Assembly (NCBI GenBank): GCA_963843555.1
Contig: CAWJKV010000003.1
Coordinates: forward strand, 128,001-192,000
Length of the DNA: 64,000 nucleotides
DNA from: an uncultured Methanosarcinales archaeon
Lineage (GTDB): Archaea > Halobacteriota > Methanosarcinia > Methanotrichales > Methanotrichaceae
Direction of reading: 5' to 3'
In this document: one piece after another, positions 51,942 through 64,000 of the stretch
Position numbering within the stretch: the stretch's first letter is position 1
Layout of the letters: the number at the start of each line of letters is the position of its first letter
The notes under the pieces: model-generated
What the model was told of the DNA's origin: nothing
What the model saw: only the letters and a program-made list of their open reading frames with translations
Databases searched by the model: none
Translations under genes and position numbers: made by a program

Positions 51942-52531
51942 TCACTGCAATGCAACGAGGATAGGGATTAGATTCTTACCGCTCTTCAATGGCTGCAGAG
52001 CTTTGCCAATCACCGCACCAAACGATCTAGCGTGATCGCTCGCCTTCATAGCATGTCCCGGTGTCTGAGAGGTTGTCAGCAAATCACCAACCTCAATTGA
52101 TCCGTAACCGGCATCCACTTTGCAGTGAACCCTTCCCATCAAAGCAAGTGGCACCCTGTCTGAGCGTCCTGGTTGCCTGCCTAGAACCAAGCCGGGCTTG
52201 AGATCCCCTGCACCAGAGATAACTCCAGCGACGCGTTTGTCGTATGGATGTTTGCCTTGTTCAAGTTGGCCTGCATCGTTGAGGGACATTACCGTGCCCG
52301 CTTCAACAGATTCTGTAGCCGAAACTTCGAAATCTTCGGCACAATCGGCATTCGGGAGAATGATATCTCCAGCTTTTCCATCTATCAGGACACCGCCCAC
52401 TCGAAGGGTGCGGGATCGGCGGGATTTAGGTCAATCGAGTAATGTCTACTGGCATCTATTCCAAGGAGCTTATTCCCTTCTATACCGACATTTCCTGCCC
52501 ATAGAGTATCGCATTTGATTACATTTGGCAT
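51942..52531 (-). CDS. Protein with a tail-fibre/intramolecular-chaperone-like C-terminal domain (frameshift near 52410)
   Basis: ADCAEDF...VAGVISGAG..PG...LALMGRV.CKVDA..G.IEVGDLLTTS..PGHAMKA...IGKAL; AAAGGAGA SD and ATG at 52531. Confidence 0.65.
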
Positions 52532-53562
52532 AGTATCTCTCCTTTAACAATTTGAACTAAACACATAAGCAACTTCTAAATATAAAAATATTTTGGCTTT
52601 AAATATTACCTTGTTTATATACCAGTTTTTAAAATTAATAAGAGCCATAACTAAGCGTATCGTGATGTTTTACGTTAAGTGCTTTAATGTCTGTTATATA
52701 AAAATTATGATGATTCTATTGTAATCAGGAAAACCTCAAAGTTAAATTTTGTAGCATAAAAGTTATACGTACTAATTTTGTACAACCTTCAAGATCGGTA
52801 TAAGTGCCCAGCACAATTTTATAAATATGCTCTCTGCCTCGAAAGGTCCCAGGGTTGCGCGCCGGATTCTGCAGCATTTTTTGGGCTCACTGCCATCGAA
52901 AAACCGATGTCGGGCATTGTCGATAAAATCATTCCATAGTGTACTGGAATGGGCAGTTGGGCAGAAGCGATTTCGGGCCAAATTAAGACTGGGATGAAAA
53001 AGAGGACGGGACCCAGCAAGTTGCACGCACTCGCCTTTAACTTAGGGGTGGAGAGAGACGTTGTGGCCCGTAATCCCTATAGGGCGCGGCAGACGAGCCG
53101 CTAAATCTGTGCAGGGCATTCTTCATCACATAGCGCGGACTTTGACCCTGGAACCTGGCTTCTTCGCGGGCAGCCCACACGGCGACTCCGTGCGCGACAT
53201 ATTCGTTCCGTTCCAAAGACCGGCAGCGTGCAGCGTTCGGAAAGAAGTGGCTCCGGGGAGCAATAGGGTGGCGGCTCTTTGAGATAATCCTGAGCGGAGG
53301 ATAATGGAGTACGTGGCCAATCACCGAAGCAGACCACGGGAGAGGCGGCCATCTTTCCCAACGCCCATGCGCTGGATCCATCTAAAGAAGATGCAGGCGC
53401 TGGCCGACCGGATGTTCTGCATCTACGGTGAGCAACCAGAGGTCGCGAAAGGTCAGGGGGCGAGGATGCAGAGAAAATGCTGAAGGCATACACGTGAAAT
53501 GATCTTGGTGATATCCCAGGATCTGGCAGAGGTCTTCCAAATCCGACTGGCCCCGGAAATCC

Positions 53563-53832
53563 TTATTCATCCAGAACATATTTTATAAGTTTGTCTATGT
53601 CGGCTTTCCTTTGGGGATTCAAGGACACGTGTAGTCCATAACTCGTCTGTTTAGGAATCAGCAGACCTTCTGAGATAAGCTCATCTGCCGCATCTTTCGC
53701 TTTGCCGCGGAGATGTTTCGGAATGCTCTTGGGAAGATCGTCAAAAGCGGTGTGGCTTCCGCCCCAATTATCGCGTCTACGCAGCTTTTTCAATATCTGT
53801 GCTTTCAGAATCAGTTTTTGATCTGCGGTCAT
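53563..53832 (-). CDS. Small basic hypothetical protein (wHTH-like)
   Basis: KKLRRRDNWGGSHT..DDLPKSIPKH...KQTSYGLHVSLNP; GGTGGG SD-like sequence. Confidence 0.7.
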   Translation of the reverse strand: MTADQKLILKAQILKKLRRRDNWGGSHTAFDDLPKSIPKHLRGKAKDAADELISEGLLIPKQTSYGLHVSLNPQRKADIDKLIKYVLDE

Positions 53833-54096
53833 CTATTTCCAACCCACCTTTATAATCACAATTTTATTTATTATATTCAAGTATGTTTTTAAAAACAATA
53901 ACGGCAAAGTATATAAACATTTCACGGACTAAGTAGTATCAAGTGCATTTATGGTACTAATGGTATTATGATATCTGTGGCAGCACGACTTGCACGGTAT
54001 CATTGAATAAAGTCATGTGGCACTTTACTCAATGTATCTACCTTAATTCTGCAAGTCGCATCAAGGCAATAATAGATATGAGATGGAGGAAAAACA

Positions 54097-54534
54097 ATGG
54101 ATGAATCCCTCTTCATAAGAGAGCTTGGTATAAAGAGCCCAATGCTGAAAGTATTGGACTTCTTGATGGATAACGAGTCGTTTGACTATTCTAAAACAGA
54201 CATAGCGGAAGGCACGGGGCTGAGCAGAGCCACTCTATTCAAGGCATGGCCTAAACTTGAAGCTTTGGATCTAATTACTGCCACCAGGTCAGTAGGCCAG
54301 GCCAAGATGTACAGGTTAAATAAGCAGAACCCTATCGTAAAGAAGCTCATGGAGCTGGATGACGCGATCTCTGAATATTTCGCTCTGAAGCACTGCAATC
54401 CGGAAACTAGCACCATGGATAACTTTTCGAAACCTATCAGGCCAGGCCAAGATTTGATAAAAGCGATAATCAAGAACGAGACTGATTCGGCCAACAGTAA
54501 GAGAGACCGACACGAAAAGCCGCTATTGGCCTGA
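54097..54534 (+). CDS. Winged-helix transcriptional regulator
   Basis: KVLDFL....FDYSKTDIAEGTGLSRATL...TRSVGQAKMYRLN; GGAGG SD. Confidence 0.8.
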   Translation: MDESLFIRELGIKSPMLKVLDFLMDNESFDYSKTDIAEGTGLSRATLFKAWPKLEALDLITATRSVGQAKMYRLNKQNPIVKKLMELDDAISEYFALKHCNPETSTMDNFSKPIRPGQDLIKAIIKNETDSANSKRDRHEKPLLA

Positions 54535-54596
54535 TGGACGCCACTATTTTGTTTCAAAATTTGCACAGGTTCAGCTTTGCCAAACTCCGGGCATGC

Positions 54597-55073
54597 TCAC
54601 TGCAGATAGTTCTCAATGCTCGTCAACTTCTCTACATCGCTCTTGCTTATGCTGGAATCCAGTACGACCTTCTCCTGGACCTCTATGGGAGCTTTCGCCC
54701 GCAGAGCCAGAGCGAGGCAGTCGCTGGGCCGGGCGTCTATTTCATTTTGCGTGGTGTCGCTCTTGATGGTGAGTCGAGCATAGTAGATGCCACCATCCAG
54801 GTCGTCAATAAGCACATTGGTGATGCTGGCAGACAGGCACTCCAAAACAGAGATGAAGAGGTCATGGGTCATGGGCCGGGGCGATAACTCCCCCAATAGA
54901 GCATGATGAATGGAGATGGCCTCGGAGAGCCCCACAAATATGGGCACAATCCTTGCCTTTTCATCCTCCAGAAGGACCACGGGCGCGGGCGAGCTTCTTT
55001 CCGACTCGGCGATGTAAACCCCTTTAACCCTGACTGGTACCGGTGCCTCCATGACACTATCTTGCTCTATCAT
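54597..55073 (-). CDS. Bifunctional nuclease (DUF151)
   Basis: PIFVG..EA.SI, RPMTHDL, IDARPSD.LALALR. Confidence 0.9.
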   Translation of the reverse strand: MIEQDSVMEAPVPVRVKGVYIAESERSSPAPVVLLEDEKARIVPIFVGLSEAISIHHALLGELSPRPMTHDLFISVLECLSASITNVLIDDLDGGIYYARLTIKSDTTQNEIDARPSDCLALALRAKAPIEVQEKVVLDSSISKSDVEKLTSIENYLQ

Positions 55074-55103
55074 CTTATAAAACTCCGGCGATCTAAATTC
55101 TTC

Positions 55104-58100
55104 CTATGCTGCCCGCTCTATGCCAATTCGCACACAGACCCCTTCAATATCCCAGTCCTTGACCAGCGATCCTGTCAGTTCCAGTCCCAGTCCCATCTTC
55201 AAGTCAGCCGCCCGAACCTCGCCTGCAATATGCTCCTTCTTTTGCATGGCCAGATCGAGTATGGGCTTGCTCTCAATATCAACCAGAGCCCGGATCTGAT
55301 CCTGTACGCACAGATCCAGCTCTTTGCGCATATCCTGGATGCGACGGATGATCTCGCGGGCGTATCCTTCCGCCTCAAGCTCGGGCGTGAGGGCGATGTC
55401 CACGTAGACGAAGCCCCGGGAAAACTCAGCGGCCGGAAGGTCCTTGGGCGCCAATTCCTTGAACTGCACCATCTCTGCCGTTATCTTATACTCCATTCCC
55501 ATGTGCATCAGGAGCGCTTCACCGCTGTTGTCCAGCTGGCTCTTGACCTCAGCCGGCGCGGCAGCAGCCTATGGCTTCAACCACCAGTTTAGCTTCGCCC
55601 TTAAAGACCGGCCCTATCTTCTTGTGAACAGGAGTCATCTCCAGGTCCATCTTGGGCTTCTCTCCGGGTGGGAGCACAGTTATTTTTTTGGAGTTGGTCT
55701 GGCCCCGGAGCACATTCTCCAGGTTGTCGAGGTCCAGAGCTTCTTTGGAGGGCGCGATTACGATCTCCGAGACCGGCCAGCGCAGTTTTCTGCCGCCTTT
55801 CTGCCGGGCATTGGATGCTGCCATGGACACCTCCCTCACCAGAGCCATGCTGGCCTCCAGGCGCTTATCGATCAGCTGCTCATTGCCTCGCGGCCACTCG
55901 CACATATGAACCGACTGGGGAGCCGACTCATCCAGCCCTCTCACCAAATTCTGATAGATGGATTCGGATATGAAGGGCGTGAACGGCGCCATGATTCTAC
56001 ATAGTTTCACCAGAACCTCATAAATCGTGGCGTAGGCGGCCAGCTTGTCAGGATCGTCCTGCTCAATCCAGGTGCGCGGACGGACCAGCTGGATGTACCA
56101 GCGGGAAAGGTCCTCTAAGATGAAGTCGGAGATGGATCGGACAATGCGGTGCAACTGATACTGTTCCATCTCTGCCGTGACCTCCTCGGCCAGGCTGTTC
56201 ACCCTGGATATGATCCAGCGGTCCTCCGGCCGCAGATTGTTCTGGTAGCGGGATAGATCCGCCTTCTTGGCATCGAAATTGTCCAGTACCATGTAGGGCA
56301 GAGCAAAGCGGTAAGCATTCCAGAATATGTTGAGCATCCTGCCCGTGTTTTCCACTGCATCCCAGGAGAAGTGCAGATCCTCCCAGGGGGCGTTGGCTCC
56401 CAGAACATAGAAACGCAGTATGTCGGCCCCGAACTTCGTCACCACCTCTTCCGGCTGGACGATATTGCCTATGCTCTTGGACATCTTCCGGCCCTGGTCA
56501 TCCAGGGTGAAGCCATGCATGAGAACGCTCTTGTAGGGCGCTCTTCCAAATGAGACCATTGAGGCACCCAGCTGGGAATAGAACCAGCCGCGCGTCTGGT
56601 CGTGGCCCTCGGTGATGAAGTCTGCCGGCCACCAATCGCAGAACTCCTCTTCGTGGCTGGGGTAGCGCAAGCGTGGCCCAGGAGGCCACAGCGCTGTCAA
56701 ACCAGACATCGAAGACATCCGGAGATCGTTTCATCTTGCCGCCGCAGGGGCAATCCAGCAGGACAGCATCAACATCCGGCCGGTGCAGATCATTGAGCTT
56801 CTGGCCGCTTCTCTCCTCCAGCTCTGCCGCCGTGCCTATCACTTCTATATGGCCGCAGACGGTGCAGGTCCAGATGGGCAAGGGAATTCCCCAGTACCTC
56901 TGCCTGGAGATGCACCAGTCGCGGGCATTGCGGATCCAGTCCGAGAACCGGGCTGATCCCGCCCACTCCGGATACCAGGTCACCTTGGAGACCTCGTCCA
57001 GCATCTTGTCTCGCAGATCGGAGATTCTGAGGAACCACTGGCTGGTGGCGATGAAGATGATGGGCGTCTTGCAGCGCCAGCAGTGCCCATAGCGGTGCGT
57101 GAGGCGGCCCGAAGCCAGCAATCTCTCCTGCTCCTCCAGATCCGCTATGACCTTCGTGTCTGCTTCCTTGACATAGAGGCCCTGGTACTTCGCTCCTGCT
57201 TCCGCCGTGTACCTGCCATCCTCCCCCACAGGGCAGAAGATTTCCAGATGGTGGTCCATACCAAGCTGATAGTCCTCCAGGCCGTGGCCGGGTGCGATGT
57301 GCACACAGCCGGTGTTCTCTGCGGTAACAAAATCCGCAGCATAAACGCCATGAGAGATCTCCTTCTGTCTGGGCACCAGGGTTCCAAGCGGGTGCGTGTA
57401 TTTCAGCTCCTGCATCTCCTGGGCGGAAAAGGTCCGCAGCAATTCATAATCCTGGTAACGGCCCGTCTTCAGAACGGAGTCCACCAGTTCCGAGGCCATG
57501 ATGAGAATCTCGAATTTACCATCCTTCCGGGCCCTCACTTTGGAGTACTGGAAGGTGGGGTTCACAGCCACGGCCACGTTGGCTGGGAATGGTCCAGGGA
57601 GTGGTGGTCCAGATCACAATGCTGGTATTCTCTTCGCCTATTACCGGGAACTTGACATAAATGGAGTAGTCGGTCTCATCCCAGTATTCCACTTCGGAGT
57701 CCGCTATGGCCGTCTGGCAGCGAGGGCACCAGTTCACTACTCGCACTCCTCTCTCCAGGAGGTTATTCTCGTGCGCTTTTTTCAGTGTCCACCAGGCAGC
57801 CTCCAGGTACTCATTCTTCAGGGTCATGTAGGGGTCTTCCCAGTCTAGCCAGGCCCCCAGGATCTTGAACTGAACTGTCATGTCGTCTTTTTGGCGCAGC
57901 GCGAACTCCTTGCACCTCTGTATGAACTTATCGACTCCGTAGGCCTCGATGTCTTTCTTGTTGCGAAAACCGAAGGACTCCTCTACCTTGACCTCGATGG
58001 GCAGGCCGTGCATATCCCAGCCTGCCCTGTCCTTGACCTCAAAACAGTTCATGGACTTGTAGCGGAGTACAGCATCCTTGATCACCTTGTTCCAGGCGGT

Positions 58101-58304
58101 GCCGAGGTGAATGCGACCAGTGGTGTAAGGCGGTCCGTCTACGAAGAAGAACTTCTTGCCGCCCTTTCTCAATTCTCGAACCTTGCGGTAGGTTTCCCTC
58201 TTCTCCCACAACAATCTGACTTCATTCTCTAGATCTTGCGCATTATACTGTCCAGCCACCTCGGTGATCACAGGCAAATCCTCCGAAAAACGATTTGCAT
58301 CCAT
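55104..58304 (-). CDS. ileS: Isoleucine--tRNA ligase (at least 3 frameshifts)
   Basis: [13 protein letters not shown] (HIGH), [45 protein letters not shown] across four ORFs. Confidence 0.95.
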
Positions 58305-58399
58305 GTCACACCTCTATATTTAGCTTTGTGACCTTGCGGTGAGCCGCACTCTCTGGAGGAATATTGATATACAGACAGCTCGAACCCAATCATCGAGGG

Positions 58400-59359
58400 T
58401 TGCCTATCAAAGAGGAGATCTGGATCGAGAAGTACCGGCCTGAGAGATTGGACGACATCGTAGGCCAGGACGAGATAGTCCGCCGTCTCAAGTCTTATGT
58501 GAAAACCAGAAACCTGCCACATCTTCTGTTCTCGGGACCACCGGGGGTGGGCAAGACCGCGGCCTCCATCTCCATCGTCAAAGAGATATTCGGCGAATCC
58601 TGGAGGAACAATTTCATAGAACTGAATGCCAGTGACGAGCGGGGCATAGATATCATCCGCCACAAGGTGAAGGACTTCGCCCGCATGGCGCCTTTAGGAG
58701 AAGCGGACTTTAAAGTTATATTTTTGGATGAAGCCGATGCCCTGACCAACGACGCCCAGAGCGCGCTGCGGCGCACTATGGAACGCTATTCAGCCACAAC
58801 CCGTTTCATACTCAGCTGCAACTACTCCAGCAAGATCATCGAGCCCATTCAGTCTCGCTGCGCTGTTTATCGCTTCAAGCCGCTCTCGGCCCAGGCCGTG
58901 ACCAAACGGATCAAATTCATCGCCCAGGAGGAGAATCTGCAAATATCGGAAGGTGGTCTTTCCGCCATAGAATATGTCGCAGGCGGCGATATGCGCAAAG
59001 CCATCAATGCCTTGCAAGCGGCAGCCCTTTTGGGTGATACAGTGGACGAAGAGACGATCTACCAGATCACCTCCACTGCCAAGCCGGAGGAGATCCGCAA
59101 TTTCATAAAGACGGCTCTGTCCGGGGATTTTGTGGGGGCGCGGGCGGCACTGGATGATCTGTTGCTCTCCAAAGGGTTGTCGGGCCAGGATGTGGTGGTC
59201 CAGATTCACAGAGCCATGCTGGACCTGGATATACCGGATAAGGACAAGGTAAGGCTCATCGACCGCATCGGTGAGATCGATTTTCGCATGACGGAAGGCG
59301 CGAACGAGAGGATTCAGCTCGAAGCCCTGCTGGCCTACTTTGCTCTGATGGCGTCATAG
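58400..59359 (+). CDS. rfcS: Replication factor C small subunit
   Basis: [31 protein letters not shown]. Confidence 0.95.
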   Translation: MPIKEEIWIEKYRPERLDDIVGQDEIVRRLKSYVKTRNLPHLLFSGPPGVGKTAASISIVKEIFGESWRNNFIELNASDERGIDIIRHKVKDFARMAPLGEADFKVIFLDEADALTNDAQSALRRTMERYSATTRFILSCNYSSKIIEPIQSRCAVYRFKPLSAQAVTKRIKFIAQEENLQISEGGLSAIEYVAGGDMRKAINALQAAALLGDTVDEETIYQITSTAKPEEIRNFIKTALSGDFVGARAALDDLLLSKGLSGQDVVVQIHRAMLDLDIPDKDKVRLIDRIGEIDFRMTEGANERIQLEALLAYFALMAS

Positions 59360-59501
59360 CCGCCGGAGCGAGATAATATTTTCATTTGTGTATATTTATC
59401 TTTGAATATGTACCACGCAGCCTGCAGCGGGGTGCGCCGCAGCCTTTTGCCCCATAATATTGCAATCCCACTCAGCTTCTTTTGGATCCGTTATTCATTT
59501 A

Positions 59502-62500
59502 TCATTCGGGCTCTTTGTCCGGATCCAGTGGATAGCTGCGCTGCAGAGCGGCGTACAGCTCTTCTATTCGCACCGGTTTTGAGACATAATCGTTCATGCC
59601 CGCCCCGAGGCATTCCTCTCGGTCGCCTTTCATAGCGTGTGCAGTCATGGCTATGATGAGGGGCTGGCGGCCCGGTATGCGGCGTATGTTTCTGGTTGCT
59701 TCCAGGCCGTCCATCTCGGGCATCTGCACATCCATGAGCACCACATCATAGGGATAACTTCGCAGTGCCCTCAAGACCTCCAGACCATTGGCAGCAACAT
59801 CTGCCCTGTAGCCCAGGCGCTCCAGCATACGCATAGCGACCTTCTGGTTTACGGCATTATCCTCAGCGAGCAATATTCGCAGGTTTTTTTGCCTGTTCTG
59901 ATCCGACAAATCGAGCGGCAGTGCAGGCGCTTCTGCCAGCCTTCTTGCATAGGGCTCTGTGGAAACCTCTGCCTTAATTGTGAAATAGAAGGAGGAGCCC
60001 TTTCCGGGATAGCTCTCCGCCCAGATTCTTCCTCCCATCAGCCCGGCGAGATGTTTGCATATGGCCAGACCCAGGCCAGTTCCTCCGTACTTACGGGTAG
60101 TCGAGGCATCCACCTGGCTGAAGGATTGAAATAGGCGGCTCATGCGATCTATGGTGATACCGATTCCCGAATCCTGGACCTTAAACTGTATCTCATATTC
60201 ATTATCTGAGATGCAAAAAGAGGATACGCTAACATGAATCGATCCGGTTTCTGTGAATTTGACGGCATTGCCCAGGAGGTTGACCAGGATCTGCCGGAGC
60301 CTTGTCAGGTCTCCCAGGAGCTGACGGGGTACAGACGGCTCGATGGTATAGCTGAGCAAGAGGCCTTTGCTGATTGCCGCCTCAGCTACCATATTCATGG
60401 ATGTTTCCAGACATTCCTGAAGATCAAAGCTCTCCCTTTCCAGATCCAGCATTCCTCCCTCGATCTTGGAGAAATCCAGGATATCGCTGATAACGGCCAA
60501 GAGCGAGTCTCCGCTGCTGCGAATGGTCTCAATGTAATCCCGCTGATCCGGATCGATATTCGTATTGAGAAGGAGGCCCGTGAAACCTATGACTGCATTC
60601 ATGGGCGTGCGGATCTCATGGCTCATATTGGCCAGGAATGCTGACTTCGCTTTCGTTGCCGACTCGGCCCGCTCTTTGGCCCGCTTCAGATCTTGCTCTA
60701 CCTTTTTCCTCTCCGTGAGGTCGATACTGACGCCCACAAATCCTATTCGTCTACCTTCCTCGTCCGACAGCGTGCTGAAGGCATAAAAGGCCGGAAATAA
60801 AGTGCCATCCTTTCTTCGCACCATGTGTTCGCTTTCCCGATAGCCGTAGCGCATAATGTCATCCATCACCTCTTTCATGAGGGCACTCCTATCAGGAGGC
60901 ACAATGGTCTTCGCAATGCTTTGGCCCAGCACCTCATTTGCCTTCCATTGGTAAAGCACCTCTGAGAATCGATTCCAGTAGATGATCCTGCCCTCAAGAT
61001 CAGTAGCAATCACAGCATTACGAACTTGATCGAGCAAAGACGCCTGGAAAGTTACCTGCTCTTCGGCAGCCTTCCTTTCGGTGATGTCCTGACCCTGGGC
61101 GATGGTAGCAATGACTTTTCGGCCACCTTCATCATAAATGGTCGCCGAGTTCCAGAGCACCGTTCGAACCATGCCGTCTTTATTCCGGATGGGGATTTCG
61201 ACTGCATTCCAGCTCTCGCCGGAGAGAGTCCTCTGGATGTAGGCAAGAGATTCGGCTCTGGTCTCATCGGGAAAGAGGATGTCGAGCGATCTTCCCAGGA
61301 CATCCCCGGCCAGGTGGCCGGTCAGCCTCTCGAAGGCATGATTGAATCTTGTGATGCGAAAGTCAGGGTCCCAGACAATTATGGGTGCATTGGCATGGCC
61401 AAAGAGGTTCTCCAGATAATCACGGGTCTCCCGTAGATCAGCCACCGCCTTTTTGAGCTCTTCTGAAGAGCGTTTGTTCTCAGTCACATCGTTGCCGATG
61501 CAGAGGACTTCGACGACTTCTCCCCGGTCATTTTGCACCAGCCTGTGAGTCCAGGCGATCCATACCCTCTCTCCATTGGATCGCATATTCTCCATGACAT
61601 GAGTGGAATAGCTTTCCGGATGCTGCATGATATTTTCGACTATGGCCTGAAGATTGCAGCCCGTGCCCCTGTCGGGAACGATGGTATCCGCCACGTTGCG
61701 GCCCAGGATCTCTTTTTCCAGATAGCCGAAGAACACCAGGCCGAAATGATTAATGAACTTGATGCAGCCACAGGTATCCACTCTCATGATGACGCTGCTC
61801 GATGTTTCCACCAGCTCTCTGTACTTCTCTTCGCTCTCCCGCAAGGCTGCCTCAGCCTCAAAGCGGCCAATGAGATCCTCCAATGGCGCTGGCCAGGGTC
61901 ATCAGGATGGAGGCCTCTCCCCAGGTCCAGATTCTCTCGCTCTTTCGGTCGTCAAAGCCTATGAAACCCCAGAATCGATCTGCTGTGAAGATGGGGACGA
62001 TCAAGAACGACCGCACACCCAGCTTTTCGAACAGCGATCTTGCCGGCATGGGCTGGTCGCGGGTGTTACCCCGCATGGGCATGCCGCCCGAAAGTGTCTC
62101 AAACCAGCCCGGAAGAGAGCTGTATGGTATTGAACCAAGGTCTGTTGGGCACATTGGGGGCGGAACAGTATCGCGAGTCCATTGATAGCGCAGACAAATC
62201 TGATGTTCGCTACCCTCGTCCAAATGGTGCTCATAAATGTAGGCCCGGTCCACGTTCGCCGAACAACCCAGGATCTCAAGAGACTGGTTCAGTGCAAGAC
62301 CCATCTCCCCGGAGATCAAGAGCTGGTTGGTGGCCAGGGTTGCGCCCGCCATGATCCTGTCACATTCACGCAGGTCATTTTTCGCATTTGGACTCTTCAA
62401 TGTAATCAGAAAATGGCCGGCGAGATCATTCTCTTGTAAGGAAGTGATGGAGTACTCCAGATCATTGCCTGCCAACCCAATATTCCCCCGATAGGTTTTG

Positions 62501-62694
62501 CTCTTTTCTCCCCGGGCGGATTCAAGAATCGTGGTGGCAAGGCTGCCCAGGACCTGTATACAGTCTTTTCCTCTGGCTTCGCTCCCCGAGCATCCTGTCA
62601 GTCTCTCTGCGGCAGGATTCGCGTAGAGAACATCGCCCGTTTGGTCACAGAGGCAGATGGCCTCATCCAGGGCTTCCAGGGCAGATCGGAACAT
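59502..62694 (-). CDS. Hybrid PAS/GAF sensor histidine kinase-receiver (frameshift near 61870)
   Basis: PAS-GAF part (61858..62694) continues into PAS repeats, [21 protein letters not shown] and a REC domain (LMDVQMP). Confidence 0.9.
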
Positions 62695-62713
62695 TTGCTC
62701 AAGATCCGTAAGA

Positions 62714-63386
62714 TCACCTCACCAGAACCGCCCGGACTGGGGAGGCTTCTGCATCCTTTATTCGCAGGGGAAGGCAGATGAGCGTGTACCTGCCGCAGAG
62801 GGACATCCTTGAGATCGATGCCCTCCAGGATCAAAATATCGTTTTCCAGAAGAGTTCGATGCACAGGCAAAGAAGCGTCTTCATAGCTATCTACCGAAAG
62901 GTAGTCGATGCCCACCAGGCCGACGCCCGAGGAGACGCAAAGCCGGGCCGCGTCTGGTGTGAGACTGATATACTCTTCCGAGAAGACAGGATTATGCATT
63001 AGCCGCTGCATTGAATTGCGGGTCTTGAAGAGCAGAGCATCCCCTTTATTGATCGATTGATATGGGATTACAGAAGACGGGATTGGTTCCTCCCCTGCGA
63101 CAGAGATAACCTGTGCCGGGATGATGAATCGCTTAAGGGAATACAAATCCTGTGTCCGGCCATCCTTGAAGAGGTGAATTGGGAAATCCAGGTGGCTTGC
63201 GATGTGCGAGCCTAAGGTCAGGGTAGACAGATTATAGTCTGCTCCCTCCTCTAACCTTGACACCCATTGCCGGGAGTAGGAGCTGTCGCCGGGGTAGGCG
63301 GGCGCTGTCTCCAGGGGGACGCTTATGTCGTGCACTTCTTTAATATCCCAAGCTTCTGGGGTGGTTGATTCAGATTCGTGCGACAT
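62714..63386 (-). CDS. Cyclase / kynurenine formamidase family protein (3' frameshift)
   Basis: YPGD, HIASHLDFPIH, VGIDYLSVD, ILEG; LPLRIKDAEASPVRAVL in the shifted frame. Confidence 0.85.
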
Positions 63387-63411
63387 GGAATTTTTCGCAG
63401 ATAGATAATAT

Positions 63412-63552
63412 TCAGCTCCAGGCGGCCGGCGGATCCCACGAAGCCCTCCCTGGACTCAGGAATTTCCTGCCGGATAGACGAGTCTGGGAAGCGCCGATCA
63501 TCTGGAATGCCAGTAGCAGCGCCATGATTGTGATAATCGTTGTCGTCTTCAA
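63412..63552 (-). CDS. Possible 46-aa secreted peptide (not in the ORF track)
   Basis: GGTGA SD, TTG start, MKTTTIITIMALLLAFQMIGASQ... signal-like sequence. Confidence 0.35.
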   Translation of the reverse strand: MKTTTIITIMALLLAFQMIGASQTRLSGRKFLSPGRASWDPPAAWS

Positions 63553-63708
63553 GTTCAGATCACCGATGTCATTATTCTCAGGCCATATGTTCGGATGTGG
63601 TATTTATTTCCTTCACTCCGATAGATGGATCCGGATCCTTCTTTCTCTTATCATCAGCGGCCTGAAGCCACAAAGCCTTATAATCTCTCAGGCGGATTTG
63701 CTGCCCTT

Positions 63709-64000
63709 ATGAAGAACCTGGGCACCATGGACCGGCTTTTAAGGGTGATTCTGGCTGAGGTATGCATCCTCATAGCCTTTTTTTGGGTGGCCGACGAATG
63801 GCAGATTCCCATCTACCTGATTGCTGCAGTGTTGCTGCTCCAGGCGGCCACAGCCACTTGCAGCATCAACACATTGCTTGGCTGGAACAGTTGCGAGACC
63901 GTCAAGCGGCGGAATAAGAATCTGATGACGGTCTTCGTGGTTGCGGCTCTGCTCCTGGCAGTAGCGGGCAGCTATGCCAGCGCTGTCATAACGCGGAGCA
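63709..64000 (+). CDS. DUF2892 (YgaP-like) membrane protein, truncated by the window end
   Basis: MKNLGTMDRLLRVIL...ATCSINTLLGWNSC. Confidence 0.78.
   Translation, partial: MKNLGTMDRLLRVILAEVCILIAFFWVADEWQIPIYLIAAVLLLQAATATCSINTLLGWNSCETVKRRNKNLMTVFVVAALLLAVAGSYASAVITRS

Noticed and set aside
48944..54600. tRNA-anchored integrative element
   Set aside because: No integrase and no duplicated tRNA 3' end seen; the accessory genes lie on the 5' side of the tRNA.
55104..58304. Programmed frameshifting or split ileS/proS/top6B
   Set aside because: Break points lack a shared slippery sequence and affect many unrelated essential genes; assembly indels are more parsimonious.
1..64000. CRISPR array, rRNA, prophage
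   Set aside because: No regularly spaced repeats, rRNA-like sequence or phage structural genes seen.

Overview
This is archaeal chromosomal DNA, most likely from a Methanothrix (Methanosaeta)-like methanogen. That is inferred from methanogenesis marker protein 8, the archaeal information-processing genes and lineage-typical secreted proteins. The backbone is housekeeping: pyrC, argS, ftsZ, nop5, RPA, top6B/top6A, AlaX, trxB, RaSEA, nikR, fibrillarin, DP1, proS, ileS, rfcS, tRNA-Gly(GCC) and tRNA-Ala(GGC). There is also an aldehyde:ferredoxin oxidoreductase operon and two small accessory patches. The first (~38.5-40.4 kb) has a MazF/PemK toxin-antitoxin pair and pseudogene debris. The second (~49.9-54.5 kb) has a MITE, a gingipain-like C25 protease and a divergent small gene/wHTH pair. 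Many essential genes carry single-base frameshifts, most likely assembly errors. The best candidate novelty is a structured leader RNA (31251-31323) upstream of a DUF1646 membrane-protein gene. It resembles the bacterial DUF1646/Na+-I riboswitch and overlaps a 24-codon uORF with a strong Shine-Dalgarno (SD). Other candidates are an IS1634-like MITE, a degenerate DNA-ligase/radical-SAM pair and an amyloid-like secreted repeat-protein pair. All family assignments are from motif recognition by eye, not database searches.
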